Of a stretch of 64,000 bases of DNA, positions 25,701-39,959 are shown piece by piece. Position numbers and translations under genes: made by a program. This DNA comes from Chrysomallon squamiferum. Taxonomy: Eukaryota > Animalia > Mollusca. A model generated the notes under the pieces. The model saw only the letters and a list, made by a program, of their open reading frames with translations. It made no database searches and was not told the origin of the DNA. How positions within the stretch are numbered: the stretch's first letter is position 1; each line of letters begins with the position of its first letter. The stretch is from the NCBI GenBank assembly GCA_012295275.1, contig CM022665.1:46872001-46936000 (forward strand), read 5' to 3'.

Positions 25701-28700
25701 AGCCACGAATTCCTCTGTATGTGTAAGTTTCACTGTAAACCGAAAAGCTGACTGCAGTGATATGTAAAGTGTAATAATGTTCAGCCGTTATGTCACTGAA
25801 GTACACAAATTGAAGATGTTTTCCTGATGGTCTCACATTATGAGTCTGTTTGTAAGAGTCAGAGTCACCAGTCAAAGTTACTATGTAGTAATCAACAATT
25901 CCTTCAGATTTCTTAAAATACAGTGTGATGTGTGGTGCTGTTAAATTACTTTTTTCTTCATCAAATGGGCCTGGTTTGTCTGGAACTGAAACAAAGGAAA
26001 TATATATATTCTCTCTTCTTTTATGGCAATACTAAAAATAACAGAAAAAACTAAAGTAAACTACAGTAAGTAAGTAATATGATGCATCAAATGAGGGTAC
26101 AATTGATTTATTATCCCGATAAAAAGATAAGAAAAAAATAGTAATAACAAAAGCAATTTACAAATACAAGAAAGACATAGAAAACAGATTAAAAACACAT
26201 CACACAATGAAAAAGGTTTATTAATACTATTTTTATTGCGATTTGTTTATCCTGTACTAGAACTTTAATGCTAAAGACTTGAATAAAAACATTTAATGGG
26301 AAATTTAGATATAACACAGAACGTTGGTGATAGACGTTTTCAGTTAATTATAATAATCAACTCACTATGAGGAATTACAGATTGTGTGTCCTTCGAGAGG
26401 TAATGTAACAGACAGTCCGCAAATACTTGATTTTGCAACATTTAATACACTAGGGAAAGATAAACATTACAAATATGAAAACAAAGAAAACTGCTCAAAT
26501 CACTAATAATTGAGATAATTTTAAATCTCACATGTTCTCTGTGAAAAACTTGCTGAATCTACAAACTGTTCTCTTCCTTCTTGAACAATGAAAGCTCTCA
26601 TTAGAACACTGTACTGTTTTCCAGGTGTCAGATCTCTTATATCACCTGTGTAGTTCTGATAGACAAAATCTGAACCCATGTCAACTGGCGTCCATATAAT
26701 GTCATACCTGGTCACATACTGACCATACAGAGTAGCTGGTGTCCAGTTTACTTCAAGGGAAGTTGTGCCAGTTCTGGACACTTGATTAATTTCAGGTTTT
26801 AATTGAGACACTGCAAACAAAACAAAACTCATTTTGCACAAAGCACTAATGGTGAAAGATAAAATGATATTTAAAATTCTGCAATGAGTAAATTATTATG
26901 AAATTCTTTACGAAAGCCATAGCTAAAATAAAAAGTGAACAGTTGTGTCCAATACTAATATGACCCTAAAAACTGAAAATCAATTAATATTCTTTAGGCT
27001 TAAAATCCTGACTTAGTTTCTACTGTATTTTGTGGATTAGTTTTAGTTTCAATACAGAGACTCTGATTTGATAAATCTCTTAAAAATGTTGACGTTTCAT
27101 TAATAAAATAAATAGCTGTGAAAATTGATGAAGAAAATGCAATCATTATTTGCTCATACAACTGACAAAAACAGTTAGTGGAAAAACAAATTTTACCTGA
27201 TGTACATGTGAGAGGTGTTGAACCCCAAAAGTATCCTTCATTACACAGACATCTTGTAGGATTTGTAAAACTACAAGAGGCATTCGAGTCTAAACATACA
27301 TCTCCAGTTTTACATGGCTCGTTATTTGGTATTTCTACAATATCAATATAATAAAATGTATGGATTTGAATATTTGAAATCTATAAATGCATGCATATAT
27401 CTGAATACTGACAATATTGTTTCTAATGGTCATAACAATTCTTGATGAATAAAGCATTAATATTTACTATTGAATTATTTCATTTTCTAATAGCCTTTGT
27501 AATATGTCTCCATCAGATATGAATGATTAATATTTGATATTTAGAAAAACAATTATGAAAATTATCTATTTTCTTACTTTTGGTTGTGAATTCTGGCGAT
27601 TCGGTGCTGTTAGTACGTTCAGATTTACCATCTTGATCCAGAATTGTTACAATATTTGCTGTGTACAACATTCCCGCTTGCAATCCAGACACAGTTACCG
27701 ATGTTCCAGACAAACTATTCTGACTGCTGCCAACACTGACCTCGTATGAAATGGTGGAATCTGCTGCTTGAGAAATGTAATCTGACTGGTTCCATGTTAG
27801 TTTGACACTCCAAAATGACACTTCCGTGTCAGTAAACGTGTTTGGTTTCAGCTCATCCACTAACAGTAGAAAGTAATACCAAAAGATAGTTTTTTATTTT
27901 ACTTTGATTAAAATAACAAATTAAGATATATATTTTGATGTACAGCGCCTTTATCCTATGACAAAACTCAGATCAAATGTTTACACATTCAGAAATTGTT
28001 TGTAAAGTAGAAGGCTATTTTTTTCGGTGTAATACAGTTTAAAATGAAATAAAAAATACAGAACAAATATGTAACAAATTTTAAACATTGGCTCGTAATA
28101 ACTGCTAATAAAATTGTTTATTTTCTGTTGTAAAGTCTTTATGATATTCAGCTTTTTTTTCTCTGATATCTAAATATATTTTATTTCCAAAACATTAAAC
28201 TAACTACATCTGAAATTTTTATTAATTATCTACCATTATTTTAGATGCATACCAACCTGGATGACACTTTCCATCTTTGTTTCTGTACTTGCCAGAAACA
28301 CATCTACAAACTCCTGTCTCAGAACACTCAGCAGAATACTGTTGTTGTCCACATTCTCTTGTAGGATTAGAACAATTCTTAGTGAGAGCTTGTACTGAAA
28401 GTAAAAGATTATTTATTCATTCATTCATTATTCATGTATACAGTTTCTGGGATTTGGGCTTCTTTTTAATATTTTAAATAACAAATAGCTTAAATGAATG
28501 TTAATATGTTCTTTTAAAGTATTTCTTCATTATTCAAATAAATAAAGAATTGACAACAACACATAGACTGGACTAAATAGAAATAGATAAATACATTTTT
28601 AGAGATTGATAAAGATCTGAGATAATTATTTAAAAGAAACTTTTAATTACTGTGTAGATGTTTTTAAACATATGTGTAACGATGTACATACGGGTACATA

Positions 28701-30953
28701 CATATTCATAGAAACCCCCTCAGTTTATTACGTCATTCGGATCAGACAATCCGTTGTATTCACCTAACCAATACTAGAACTCCTCTTAAAGAAGTATAAT
28801 AAATTGAAGAAGAAACACTACTCACTTGTTGTAACTGTCGCCGTTTTGGGGTTTTTCTGTATTTTGTTGTTGTCATTAACAACTGTTGTTACAGTCACCG
28901 TGTACTCTGTTCCAGGTTTCAAGTTGGTTATTACTGATGTTCTCGATGTACTTGACTCAGTCTTATTGCCATTGTCTGGTGTCCATGATATTTCATACCT
29001 GGATATTACAGAAACATCACCCTCTTGTTGCCATGTCACTGTTGTGTTTTTGCGATTTATATTGATAAAATTGAGGTTCTTCAACTTGAGATAAGTGACT
29101 GTTAAAGAAAACAACAACATTAAGTATGTGATTTACATTGATCAATATATCTTTTACAGGACATAGCAGACAACACATTTAAATATGCTATATATGTATT
29201 TGATATGGTTTTACATTTTGCTAATACTAACCGCAACTGGAAATGTTAAAGGAATAATTATTTGTTTTCAGTCAGTAATTATTTCTTTTTCAGTTGTCTC
29301 ATAAATTTATAATTTATAATTAATTGAAGATTCAAGTTAAGAAAACAAATTTTACCTGATGTACATGTGAGAGGTGTTGGACCCCAGAAGTATCCTTCAT
29401 TACACAGACATCGTGTAGGATTTGTAGAACTACAATTGGCATTCGAGTCCAAACACACATCTCCAGCTTTACACGTCTCGTTATTGGGGATTTCTACAAT
29501 TTAATGAAAAGATGAAGTTTTATAATCAAACAAAACTTTCAGTCTCTAGATCATACTAGCTTTTTAGAATAATATCTATAAAATAAACACTAATATATTA
29601 ATATAATAAAATGTACAGATTTGAATGTTTGAAATCTGTACATGTCTGAATACTGACAAGATTATTTTTAACAGTCATCAAATTTCTTGATGAATAAAGC
29701 ATTAATATTTATTACTGAATTATTTCATTTTGTAATAGACTTTGTAATATGTCTCCATCAGATATGAATTAGTAATATTTGATATTTAGAAAAAAACAAT
29801 TATGAAAATAATCTATTTTCTTACTTTCAGTTGTGAATTCTGGGGATTCTATGCTGTTAGTACGTTCTGATTTACCATCTTGATCCAGAATTGTTACAAT
29901 ACTTGCAGTATACAACATTCCCGCTTGCAATCCAGACACGGTTACCGACGTTCCAGACGAACTATTCTGACTGCTGCCAACACTGACCTCGTATAAAATG
30001 GTAGAATCTGCTGCTTGAGAAATGTAATTTGACTGCTTCCATGTTAGTTTGACACTCCAAAACGACACTTCAGTGTAAGTAAACGAATTTGGTTTCAGCT
30101 CATCCACTAAAAGTAAAATGTAAAGTAAAAAGATTATCTTTTATTTTACTTTGATTAAATAAACAAATTAAGAAATATGTTTCAGTGTACAACGCATTTA
30201 TCCTATGACAAACATCAGACGTAATGCTTACACATTCATAAATTGTTTGTAAAGTAGCAGGTTCTTTTTGTCAGTTTAGTGCAGTTTAAAATGAAACATA
30301 AAGATTAGGTGGCTGGTCTCACGTAACAAATATGTGACAAATTGAAAATGAAAGATTCACTGTTAAACACTGGTACGTAATCACTGGAAATAATGTTACG
30401 TCTTTCAATGTGTATTTTCTATGTAAAGTTTTTAAGATATTCAGCTTTTTTCTCTCACTATCATCTGAATACATTTTATTTCCAAAACATTAAATAAACT
30501 AAACCTGAAACATTTGTAGATTATCTACCATTATTTTAGAAATATACCAACCTGGATGACACTTTCCATCTTTGTTTCTGTACTTCCCAGAAACACATCT
30601 ACAAACTCCTGTCTCAGAACACTCAGCAGAATACTGTTGTCCACAGTCTCTTTTAGGATTAGAACATTTCTTAGTGAGAGCTTGTACTGAAAGTAAAATA
30701 GTATTATTTATTTATTTATTCATTCATTATTCATGTATACAGTTTCTAGGATTTGGGTTTGTTTTTAATATTTTTAATAAAAATGCCTTAGATGAATGTT
30801 AATATATTCTTATAAAGTATTTCTTCAATATTTAAATAATTAAAGAATTGACACAAAATTTGCTCTGGACTAAATACAAATAGATAAGTGAATTTCAAAA
30901 ATTAAGATCTCTGATAATTATTTTGAAGAAACCTTTTATTACTCTCTATCTTT

Positions 30954-31010
<57 letters not shown>

Positions 31011-34000
31011 CTTAGAAAGTGGAAATGTGTAAAAAAAATTAATAATAACATTGTTTTAAATTTAAATGATTTATTACAAATATAATTTTTACTTTTCACA
31101 CCGTATATTTTAGCTGTCTGCTTTATTCAAAATCAAGTAGAAAATTCTTTATGCAACGCTGTACATACGTGTACATATATATTCATGAAAAAGAAATTAA
31201 TATTAGCTCGTTACATCTTTCAAATCAGTCAGTCTGATGTGTTCACGTAACCAGTCGTAGATCCTCTCTTAAAGTCAGAATAAAAAAAGTGAAGAAACAC
31301 TACTCACTTGTAGTAACTGTCGCCGTTTGGTTAATTTTCTGTATTTTCATGCTGTCATCAATAACAGTTGTTACAGTCACTGTGTACTTGGTTCCAGGTT
31401 TCAACATGGTTATTACCACTGATTCATTTGAGGTACTAGATTTATTCTTACTGCCATTGTCTGATATCCACGATATTTCGTACCTGGATATTACAGAAAC
31501 CTCACCCTCTTGTTGCCATGTCACTGTGGTGTTTTCACGATTTGTATCGATAAAACTAATCTTCTTCAGCTTCAGATGATTGACTGTTAAAGAAAAACGA
31601 TATTTACAGTGTGTCCTTGTATGTCAGAGTGTATGTCACTGCATTCTATACTTCCTTTGCAGGATATACACGTTTATGTTGCTGCATATCAGTAGCACTG
31701 ACGATGTTTCAGCTAAGTTTAACATTGCTTACAGAACTACTGACCACAGAGGGCCATTTATCTCCATATTTTAAATAAATAATCTTTTATTCTTCACTGG
31801 CCTTTCAAATATCACATTTTCATGTGTGAATTTAAATTTAAAGGCGTTAAATAAAAAAGCAAAAAATGCATGTACATTAGTTTACAGCCACCAGAGCCAG
31901 ACAGATTTTTCATTTTAAACAGACTGTTCAGAGAATTACCTTGGATTATGCAGATTATATACAGAAGTATTTCTTTAAATGATTATTCAGATTTCCAAAA
32001 CGGAATTACCTTGGATTATGCAGATTATATACAGAAGTATTTCTTTGAATGATTATTCAGATTTCCAAAACGGAACTGAAGTACAAATGAGAGATTGGGC
32101 ATAAATTATTAATTCATTTGGTTTGTAACATTTTCCATCTAGATATGAAATATTAGGAAAATTTGTAAATTATACCTGGTGTACAGTTGACAAGTTTTGG
32201 ACTCCAGAAGAATCCTTCATTACACAGACATCGTGTAGGATTTGTAGAACTACAAGAGGCATTCGAGTCAGAACACACATCTCCAGCTTTACATGTCTTG
32301 TTATTGGGTATTTCTACAATTTAATGGAAAGATGAAATTTTACAATCAAACTAAATTTTCAGTTGTTTTATAATAATACCAAGCATGAGATTATGAATTC
32401 ATTGTTCTTAAATTTTCACAAAAGTATTTAATTGTTTTATAGAATGTAAAATAAATACAAGAGGCATATATGATAAAATGAATAGATTTGAATATTTGAA
32501 TCTATAAATGTACGCACATATCTGAATACTGACTATATTGTTTCTAATGGTCATAAAAATTCTTGATGAATAAAGCAGTAATATTCATTATGGAATTATT
32601 CCATTTTGTAATAGGCTGCCTAATATATCCCCATCAGATATGAATGAGTAATATTTGAAATTTAGAAAAGCAATTGTGAAAATAATCTATTTTCTTACTT
32701 TCAGTTGTGAATTCTGGGGATTCTATGCTGTTAGTACGTTGAAATTTACCATCTTGATCCAGAATTGTTACAATACTTGCAGTATACAACATTCCCCCTT
32801 GCAATCCAGACACGGTTACCGACGTTCCAGACGAACTATTCTGACTGCTGCCAACACTAACCTCGTATGAAATGGTAGAATCTGCTGCTTGAGAAATATA
32901 ATCTGACTGGTTCCATGTTAGTTTTACACTCCAAAACGACACTTCCTTGTAAGTAAACGAGTTTGGTTTCAGCTCATCCACTAACAGTAGAAAGTTATAT
33001 TAACACATAATCTTTTATTTTACTTTGTTTAAATAAACAAATTAAGAAATATGTTTTGATGTACAACGCATTTATCCTATAACAAACATCAGATGAAATG
33101 CTTACACATTCACACATTGTTTGTAAAGTAGCAGGCTCTTTTTGTCAGTGTAGTAAATTTTAAAATGAAATATAAAGTTCAGGTTGTTAGTCTCACGGAA
33201 CAAAAATGTGACAAATTGAAAATGTTAAACATTGGCACGTAATCACTGGAAATAATGTTACGTCTTTCAGTGTTTATTTTCTCTTCTAAAGTTTTTAAGA
33301 TATTCAGCTTTTTTTCTCTCACTGTCATCTGAATACATTTTATTTCCAAAGCATTAAACTAACAAAATCTGAAACATTTGTAGATTATCTACCATTATTT
33401 TAGAAATATACCAACCTGGATGACACTTTCCATCTTTGTTTCTGTACTTCCCAGAAACACATCTACAAACTCCTGTGTCAGAACACTCAGCAGAATACTG
33501 TTGTTGTCCACAGTCTCTTGTAGGATTAGAACATTTCTTGGTGAGAGCTTGTACTGAAAGTAAAATAATATTATTTATTCATTTATTATTTTACTATTCA
33601 TGTTTCTAGGAATCATTTTTTTAAATATTTTAAATAAATAGCTTAGATTAATGTTAATATATTCTTCTAAAGGATTTTTTCATCTTTCAGATAATTATAA
33701 AATTGACAACAAAACATGTAGTAGACTAAAAACAAATAGATAAGTTAATTTTAAGAATTGATAAAGATCTGAAATAATTTATTGAAGAAAACTTTTATTT
33801 CTATGTGTGTACTTATATATCTTAGAAAGCTGAAATGTGTAAAAGAAATTAATAAAAACATTGTTTTAAATTTAAAAAGTAATTGATATATTACAAATTT
33901 AATATTTTATTTTTACACCATATTATTTGGCTGTCTGCTCTGTTGAATATCATAAAAAACATTGTTTATGCAATGATGTACACACATGAACATATATATT

Positions 34001-37000
34001 CGTGAAAAAATATAAAATCAGTTTCTTACATTATTCAAACCATAGTCTGATGTCTTAATCTTTCCAATACTAGAACCCTCTTAAAGATAACATAAAAAAA
34101 TTAAGAAACACTACTCACTTGTTGCAATTGTTGCTGTTTTGTTAATTTTCTGTATTTTCATGCTGTCATTAATAACCGTTGTTACAGTCACTGTGTACTT
34201 GGTGCCAGGTTTCAGTTTGGTTATATTTGACGTGTTCGATGATGCTGACTCATTCTTGCTCCCCTTGTCTGGTGTCCATGATATTTCATACCTCGATATT
34301 ACAGAAGTATCACCGTCTTGTTGCCATGTCACTGTGGTGTTTTCACGATATGTATTGATAAAACTGATGTTCTTCACCTTCATACGAGTGACTGTTAAAA
34401 AGAAAAAGGTGTTTTAACAATGCCTATGTGTGTCACTACGTTCAATACTTCCTTTACAGGGCATGTTGCTGTGTATCTGAACTGTTGGTGATGTTTCAAC
34501 TACGTTTAATGTTGCTTGCAGAACTACTGACCACAGAGGGACAGTTAAATAAATCTTATTCTTAACGAGCTTCTCAAATGTAACATTTTCATGCATAAAA
34601 TTAAATATAGAACTGAATCAAGAAACAAGAAATGCATGTACATTTGTTTACAGCCACCAAAGCTGGTCAGATTTTACATTTTAAACAGACTGTTTTCAGA
34701 TAAAGAATTCAAATCAGATCTAGTGATAAAATTCCACAACAAATATTTTTTTATATATACTTTACTGAAAACAAAAGTTCAGAGAATTATATTGGATTAT
34801 GCAGATTCCTACATAATTATCTCTTTAAATGATTGTTCTTACTTCCAAAACAGAACTGAAGTACAATTGAGATTGGGCATAGATTGCTAATTTATTTAGT
34901 TTCTAACATTTTATTAATGAATGAAATATTTTGCGAACTGATAAATTATACCTGGTGTACAGTTGAAAAGTTTTGGACTCCAGAAGTATCCTTCATTACA
35001 CAGACATCGTGTAGGATTTGTAGAACTACAAGAGGCATTTGAGTCAGAGCACACATCTCCAGTTTTACAAATCTCGCTAATCGGTATTTCTGTAATTTAT
35101 TTTAATATACACTTTCTAATCATAAAACCAAATATGTCAAGATCTTTTTATAATTTTTTGAAATAATGAAATAATGGTATCTTTAATAAAAATCGTGTTT
35201 ATTTTTCATGTTGAGAATTGTATAACCATTTACCTTTCTGTTTACATTTATCAACAGTTTGATATTCATTAACTAGGACATATACATATAATTATTACAT
35301 TCAACAAGCAATTGCTTGAAGATTTCACGTTTTAAATATAATATTTTCTGCTGGTAATTTTTTAGTCTTTGTAACTTAAAATATATGTTTCCTTTGATAA
35401 CATGTTCTACATTCAGAATTTTTATTTTATTTTTCGCTGTGTTAATTTAGTAATTATTCCGCCAACAGAATCTGTAAATAGACATAAGAATATATACATA
35501 TATATATATAACGTTTACTATTTCACTGAAGATTTCGCAATGAGAATAAATTATTTTCCTCAGCTTCTTTATTTTAAACGAATTATTTTCACATATATTT
35601 GAAGCCCAAGATCAGCAGAACACAAATACATGAAATATGACAAAACAAATTATTACTTTGTGTTGTAAATTCAATTGTTTTGTTGTTGAGAACTTCAGTT
35701 TTTCCATCTTGTTTAAATATTGTGATAAAAGTAGCAGAGTATGACTTTCCAGCTTTCAAATTCTGCACTGTCACTGATTCTCCGATTGTACTGTTTGAGA
35801 GGCTTCCAGGATTCACAGTGACGTGGTAACTGATGGAATAACTAGGTAATTCAGGAAGATTTGCTGATGATTTCCATGTAAACTTTTCACTCCATGGTGA
35901 ATCTTGGCTGTGATTGAAAGAACTTGCCTGAATCTCTTTAACTGAAACACAAATATTATCAGTTATAATTTTGTCAGACCTAAACATAAAACATAAGGTT
36001 GTAATTTGTGTCTGATAAATAAGTACGCTTTTTCAGTATTTTGTTTGTTTGTTTACTTGCTTGTAAATTTTGACTGAAATCAAATAACTAACTGCTTTGA
36101 CTAACAAAACTTGCACATAATCATTCAACTGAAAACAAATACGCGAGTTAATCTTGATACTGGTAATACGATGATGTAATATTTACATAAAAAATATAGT
36201 TAGGTGTGATATTGTACGTTTTGATATTATACACAGAATACAGTGGATAACAAAGTGAATGGAGATTAATTCATTTCTTCTTGATGTATCAGTTATCTAA
36301 TTTAGGTTTTGGAAGTTTGTGTGTGATTGCGTGTGTTTCTGCCTGAGAAAATGAACTTACATTTTCTTGATATAAGAGCTACATTACAATAATCTATATG
36401 GATAAAGAAATATTTCACTTGTATTTATATTGTTGGATGAAAATATCTTATATATTTATAAAATGTTTTTTAAATCTTGACTCTAAAAAGGTGTAAAGTT
36501 GATATAAATATGATTAATAAAACTCGTAATTTATTTGTATCCTTACAAAATACAGAACACCTTTCAGTTAACTGCTGTCAAAATGAACATAGAATATGAT
36601 GAACTCTCTATTTCAATTTTATTTTAGGCTGATTCCTAGCATCTTGCACTCTTATCCTTTTAGTTACAAGCTAACAAAAATAACTTCATATATTCTCCAA
36701 GGATGATATTAAAATCTACAAAAATGGTGTCCTTAAGAGATGTCTCAAAAAATCTCAAACGTGACCAGTGTCCACTAGTTTTTAGTGAAAGACAGACAGA
36801 GATACCTTTCATTAAGATTTCGCCCCAAAATGAAGAGACTGGCACAGATATATTTTTTAACACAGAAACCTATTTATTAAAGCAACTTACTAGGTAAACA
36901 GGTTGCGTCTTGTTGATAGTAGCCATCACTACACAGACACACACTGTTGTTACAGTAACTGTTGTCTACTACAGATGTACAGTTGTTGTCTGTTCCACAC

Positions 37001-38551
37001 TCTACATCCAAAGAACACACAGAAATCTGAAACAATATACAAAATGAATTATTGCGTTTGTTTTTAGTAACGTTATACTTAACAGATATTTAAAACGTAT
37101 CTAGTAATCACAAAACAGCATTCTAAGATTCAGTTGTAGATATAGCCAGAAATTCCAGTGCTTTAATAATAATGTTATTCACTTTAAAATCTTAGATTTG
37201 AAAAGTTCAAGTAAAGCAATATAATTATAATTATATATCAGTTTTTCTTATTTGTAGCTGTATTCAATAACAATCATAACAATAATGATGCTTTTAACTG
37301 CATAAGGAGAATTAGGAATAAAAAAATATTCAGCTGTTTAAATAGTTCTGTGATTAACAACACTGACTGTTTTTGTTTGTTGTTTTTTTACACCTAAACC
37401 CCATTCTCAAAACGTGAGCCATAAAGTTTTAGTCAGTACTTTTCAAATGGTTTGTATATGAAAAGTTTTACTTTTATCTATTCAGAATTTAAGAGCTAGA
37501 GACCATTTTTTGATGTTAGACACCATTACATTGTGTCTGCCTACTCTGATCGGATGTGACTGATGACATGATAATCAGAACATGATGCATTGACTAACAG
37601 GATTGATTGGACTATTATAGATATCTGAAACATGAATTATGAGTTTTATTTTTGACTGATTTTTTAACGGAAAATGTCATCACTAATGTGCAACCAGGGT
37701 ATTTGTTTGTTTGTTTGCTTCACACTAAATATAAACTTTAAGTTTGAAAGCAATACAAAACTAAAGTTTTTACACATCATAAAGACAGTTTATTTCATGA
37801 TACATTTTTACAGTCTGAAAAAAGCCGTGATATCACACATTACAAACGCAGCATCAAATTTATTTGGTTCAAGAAGCTTTTGCATCTAAAATATAGCTGT
37901 AATCGGTAAATACCGCAAAGGACCGTATTATCTGTCACAACAATTATTTTCTCCCTTAATTTTGTGTATTTTTACATTTTGAAATTAAATGCTAAATCTG
38001 TGATTAACTGGATATAAATAAATAATAATAATAATAAAAAATCATTTATTTACCGATTTAACTGTATTAATAGTCTGTTGATTAGATGAACGGAGTTTCT
38101 TCCAACAACTTCGCATTAATTTTTGTCGACATTGAACTGATATTTGAACAGAACTTCTAATTATAATTAAATTAATGTAGGCATAATACAATCATGCATC
38201 ATTGTCTGACTGCTGAATTATAATGAGAACGAAAATGACTGTCATTGCTGTTTAGATACGAAGAACTCTACGAAAATCATCTACGACAAAGTGGATTAAG
38301 CCAACAATAAATAACTTAATAACTGACAAACTTAGTAACAAAGTAAATAATAACTAAATCAGTAAGTAAGAATGTAAATAATCTCACTTCAAATTAATGA
38401 TAGTAGTATATCTTCAAAAAATATTGAGATCAAAGTTGAACTAGTAGCCAGACAGGTAAAATTTCAAACATAAATTTACCTGAATACAGCAGGTGAAGAT
38501 GAGAGCCGTGACACAGAATAATCCAGGCAGAATTGATTTTGAAGAAAACAT
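20960..38551 (-). CDS. Gene B: phosphatase-less RPTP-related receptor (signal peptide, 8 EGF/EB-like Cys modules, 10 FN3, stalk, TM, ITAM-like tail), 26 exons, about 1650 aa
   Basis: Minus-strand exons in transcription order: 38551-38480 (ggcgccATG; MFSSKSILPGLFCVTALIFTCCIQ), 37026-36891, 35941-35657, 35089-34952, 34391-34119, 33553-33416, 32980-32699, 32313-32176, 31583-31308, 30686-30552, 30106-29825, 29493-29356, 29098-28826, 28394-28257, 27859-27578, 27334-27197, 26810-26532, 25985-25692, 25222-25035, 24493-24292, 23940-23782, 23349-23224, 22986-22890, 22322-22252, 21952-21847 (TM), 21266-20960 (tail, TAA). Total 4953 nt, phases compatible, no internal stops seen. Confidence 0.88.
30957..31008. 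repeat. (TG)n microsatellite
   Basis: Directly visible. The paralogous intron near 33803 has only a short tgtgtgt. Confidence 0.95.
31933..32073. repeat. ~70-bp direct tandem duplication in an intron
   Basis: gaattaccttggattatgcagattatatacagaagtatttcttt.aatgattattcagatttccaaaacg occurs twice. The paralogous intron at ~34783-34852 has a single copy. Confidence 0.9.
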
Positions 38552-38950
38552 GGCGCCGTCCGTTGACAATGTTTTACAATTTTTCAGTGGATATACACTG
38601 CCTCATAGTACCCAGAAGTTCTTCAGTGACGTTAAAAATAGTTTATATAACGACTTTTTACATTATATACCTGATTAAACAGTCTGGATTTACCATCAGT
38701 TAAAATATTTCTGCTTATTTAAACTCTCCGAGTCAGCGTTATGACAAATACGTTTAATTGACTTATACTAGCTGTTATAACGATACTATCATGTGACTGT
38801 ATACTCAGATTTTTAATACAATTTTTTTTTTATCTGTGTACTATTTCCCAATTCACGGTTGTTTATCTGTAGAAATTGTTATCAGAGACCTTTGTCTGTA
38901 CATCGCAGATAACTATTTTAATACTGCTCTGTGTGATTGCTGAAATAAAA
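38552..38950 (-). promoter_or_regulatory. Putative promoter/5'UTR of gene B
   Basis: TATATAAA on the minus strand at 38649-38642, about 90 bp upstream of the ATG, with an adjacent TGACGT half-site. The block is strongly conserved with the region upstream of gene C. Confidence 0.55.
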
Positions 38951-39631
38951 TATTCAACAATAATTTGTGGTTTATAAAAGAATGGTTGTATTTACAGGTG
39001 TTTTCGTTCCCAATAGACGATTCTTTATGTGTAGTATCTTCCTTGAAGAACGTTTTATCGGTGACCTTTCTCTGTATATATCGCAGACGTTCTTAAGCCA
39101 GAAATAAAACTTCCTCTTCTGTGTGAATATTTTTATCTCTAATCTTAGTATCGAGGACACTTATCTTAGCCTGACTTGTCTGTTGTAAGTGTTTATCTAC
39201 GTGTCAAATGACAATACAAGTTTTTAACACGGCTGATATAAAATATTTCTAGAATATAAACATCTGCCTCAGGCTTTCTAAGTTGAATATTCGACTATAA
39301 GCAATAAAAGTTTAAATAAAAATCACTACATCAAAAATATATTTACAAGCCTATATCATAAAAGGAAAAAAAAAACAGCTAGCTTTTCAAAATATAGTGT
39401 AATATTAGATGATAAAATAATATTTTCCATCTTTCATTAAGAATGTCTAACGATTAAGAAATGAATACAAAACTATATTAATATTAACATCAAACTGTGT
39501 GAGTAGACAATACATATTTACACAAAACAGAAGTTAATACAGCATCAAGCACTATTTCTGAGAAGCCAGTTTTTTTCCTGATTGCAGAGTGAGAACAAAT
39601 TGCTTCCCATTTTATCAAATAAAAATCTAGA

Positions 39632-39959
39632 CTACATTTGCTTTAGATTGCTGTAGACATTTTGAGAGGATGTCGCAGGACCCAGTTTTTCGTATTCATT
39701 TCCACCAGCAGCAGCCTGTCTAACGTTAACATAATCATCATTTCCAAACGTGCTTGTTTCAACCTGCTGCGTGTCTCCTCCCTGGTGTGGCACATTGCAG
39801 TAGTAGCCACTGACTTCTCTGTTTGAGAGATTTCCAACGTGACCACCAGCTTGGACGTTGCTCGGTCCACTCATCATTTCATGCTGGTCATTTTGTGAGT
39901 TCACAAAGTCACTGCTTCTTCTTGGAGATTCCTGTTCTGCCCCGTGTCTTCTGAGATAC
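39632..39959 (-). CDS. Terminal exon of gene C: tyrosine-motif cytoplasmic tail
   Basis: WYLRRHGAEQESPRRSSDFVNSQNDQHEMM...GYYCNVPH...DDYVNVRQAAAGGNEYEKLGPATSSQNVYSNLKQM*. Confidence 0.88.

Larger units (their letters stand above)
27197..35089 (-). repeat. Tandem array of a 4-exon unit (EGFa-FN3b-EGFb-FN3c) x3 plus one extra EGFa exon
   Basis: Units of about 2.2-2.8 kb with near-identical exons (DELKPNSF.. x3; TTVTWQQ.G..SVISRYEISW x3; QALTK.CSNP..C x3; EIP...CK.GDVC.DSNA.C x4) and homologous introns. All exons are phase 1-1. Confidence 0.93.

Noticed and set aside
28804-29094. Plus-strand hydrophobic ORFs at 28804, 31289, 34139 and the minus-strand ORF at 58355
   Set aside because: Antisense shadows of the FN3 exons.
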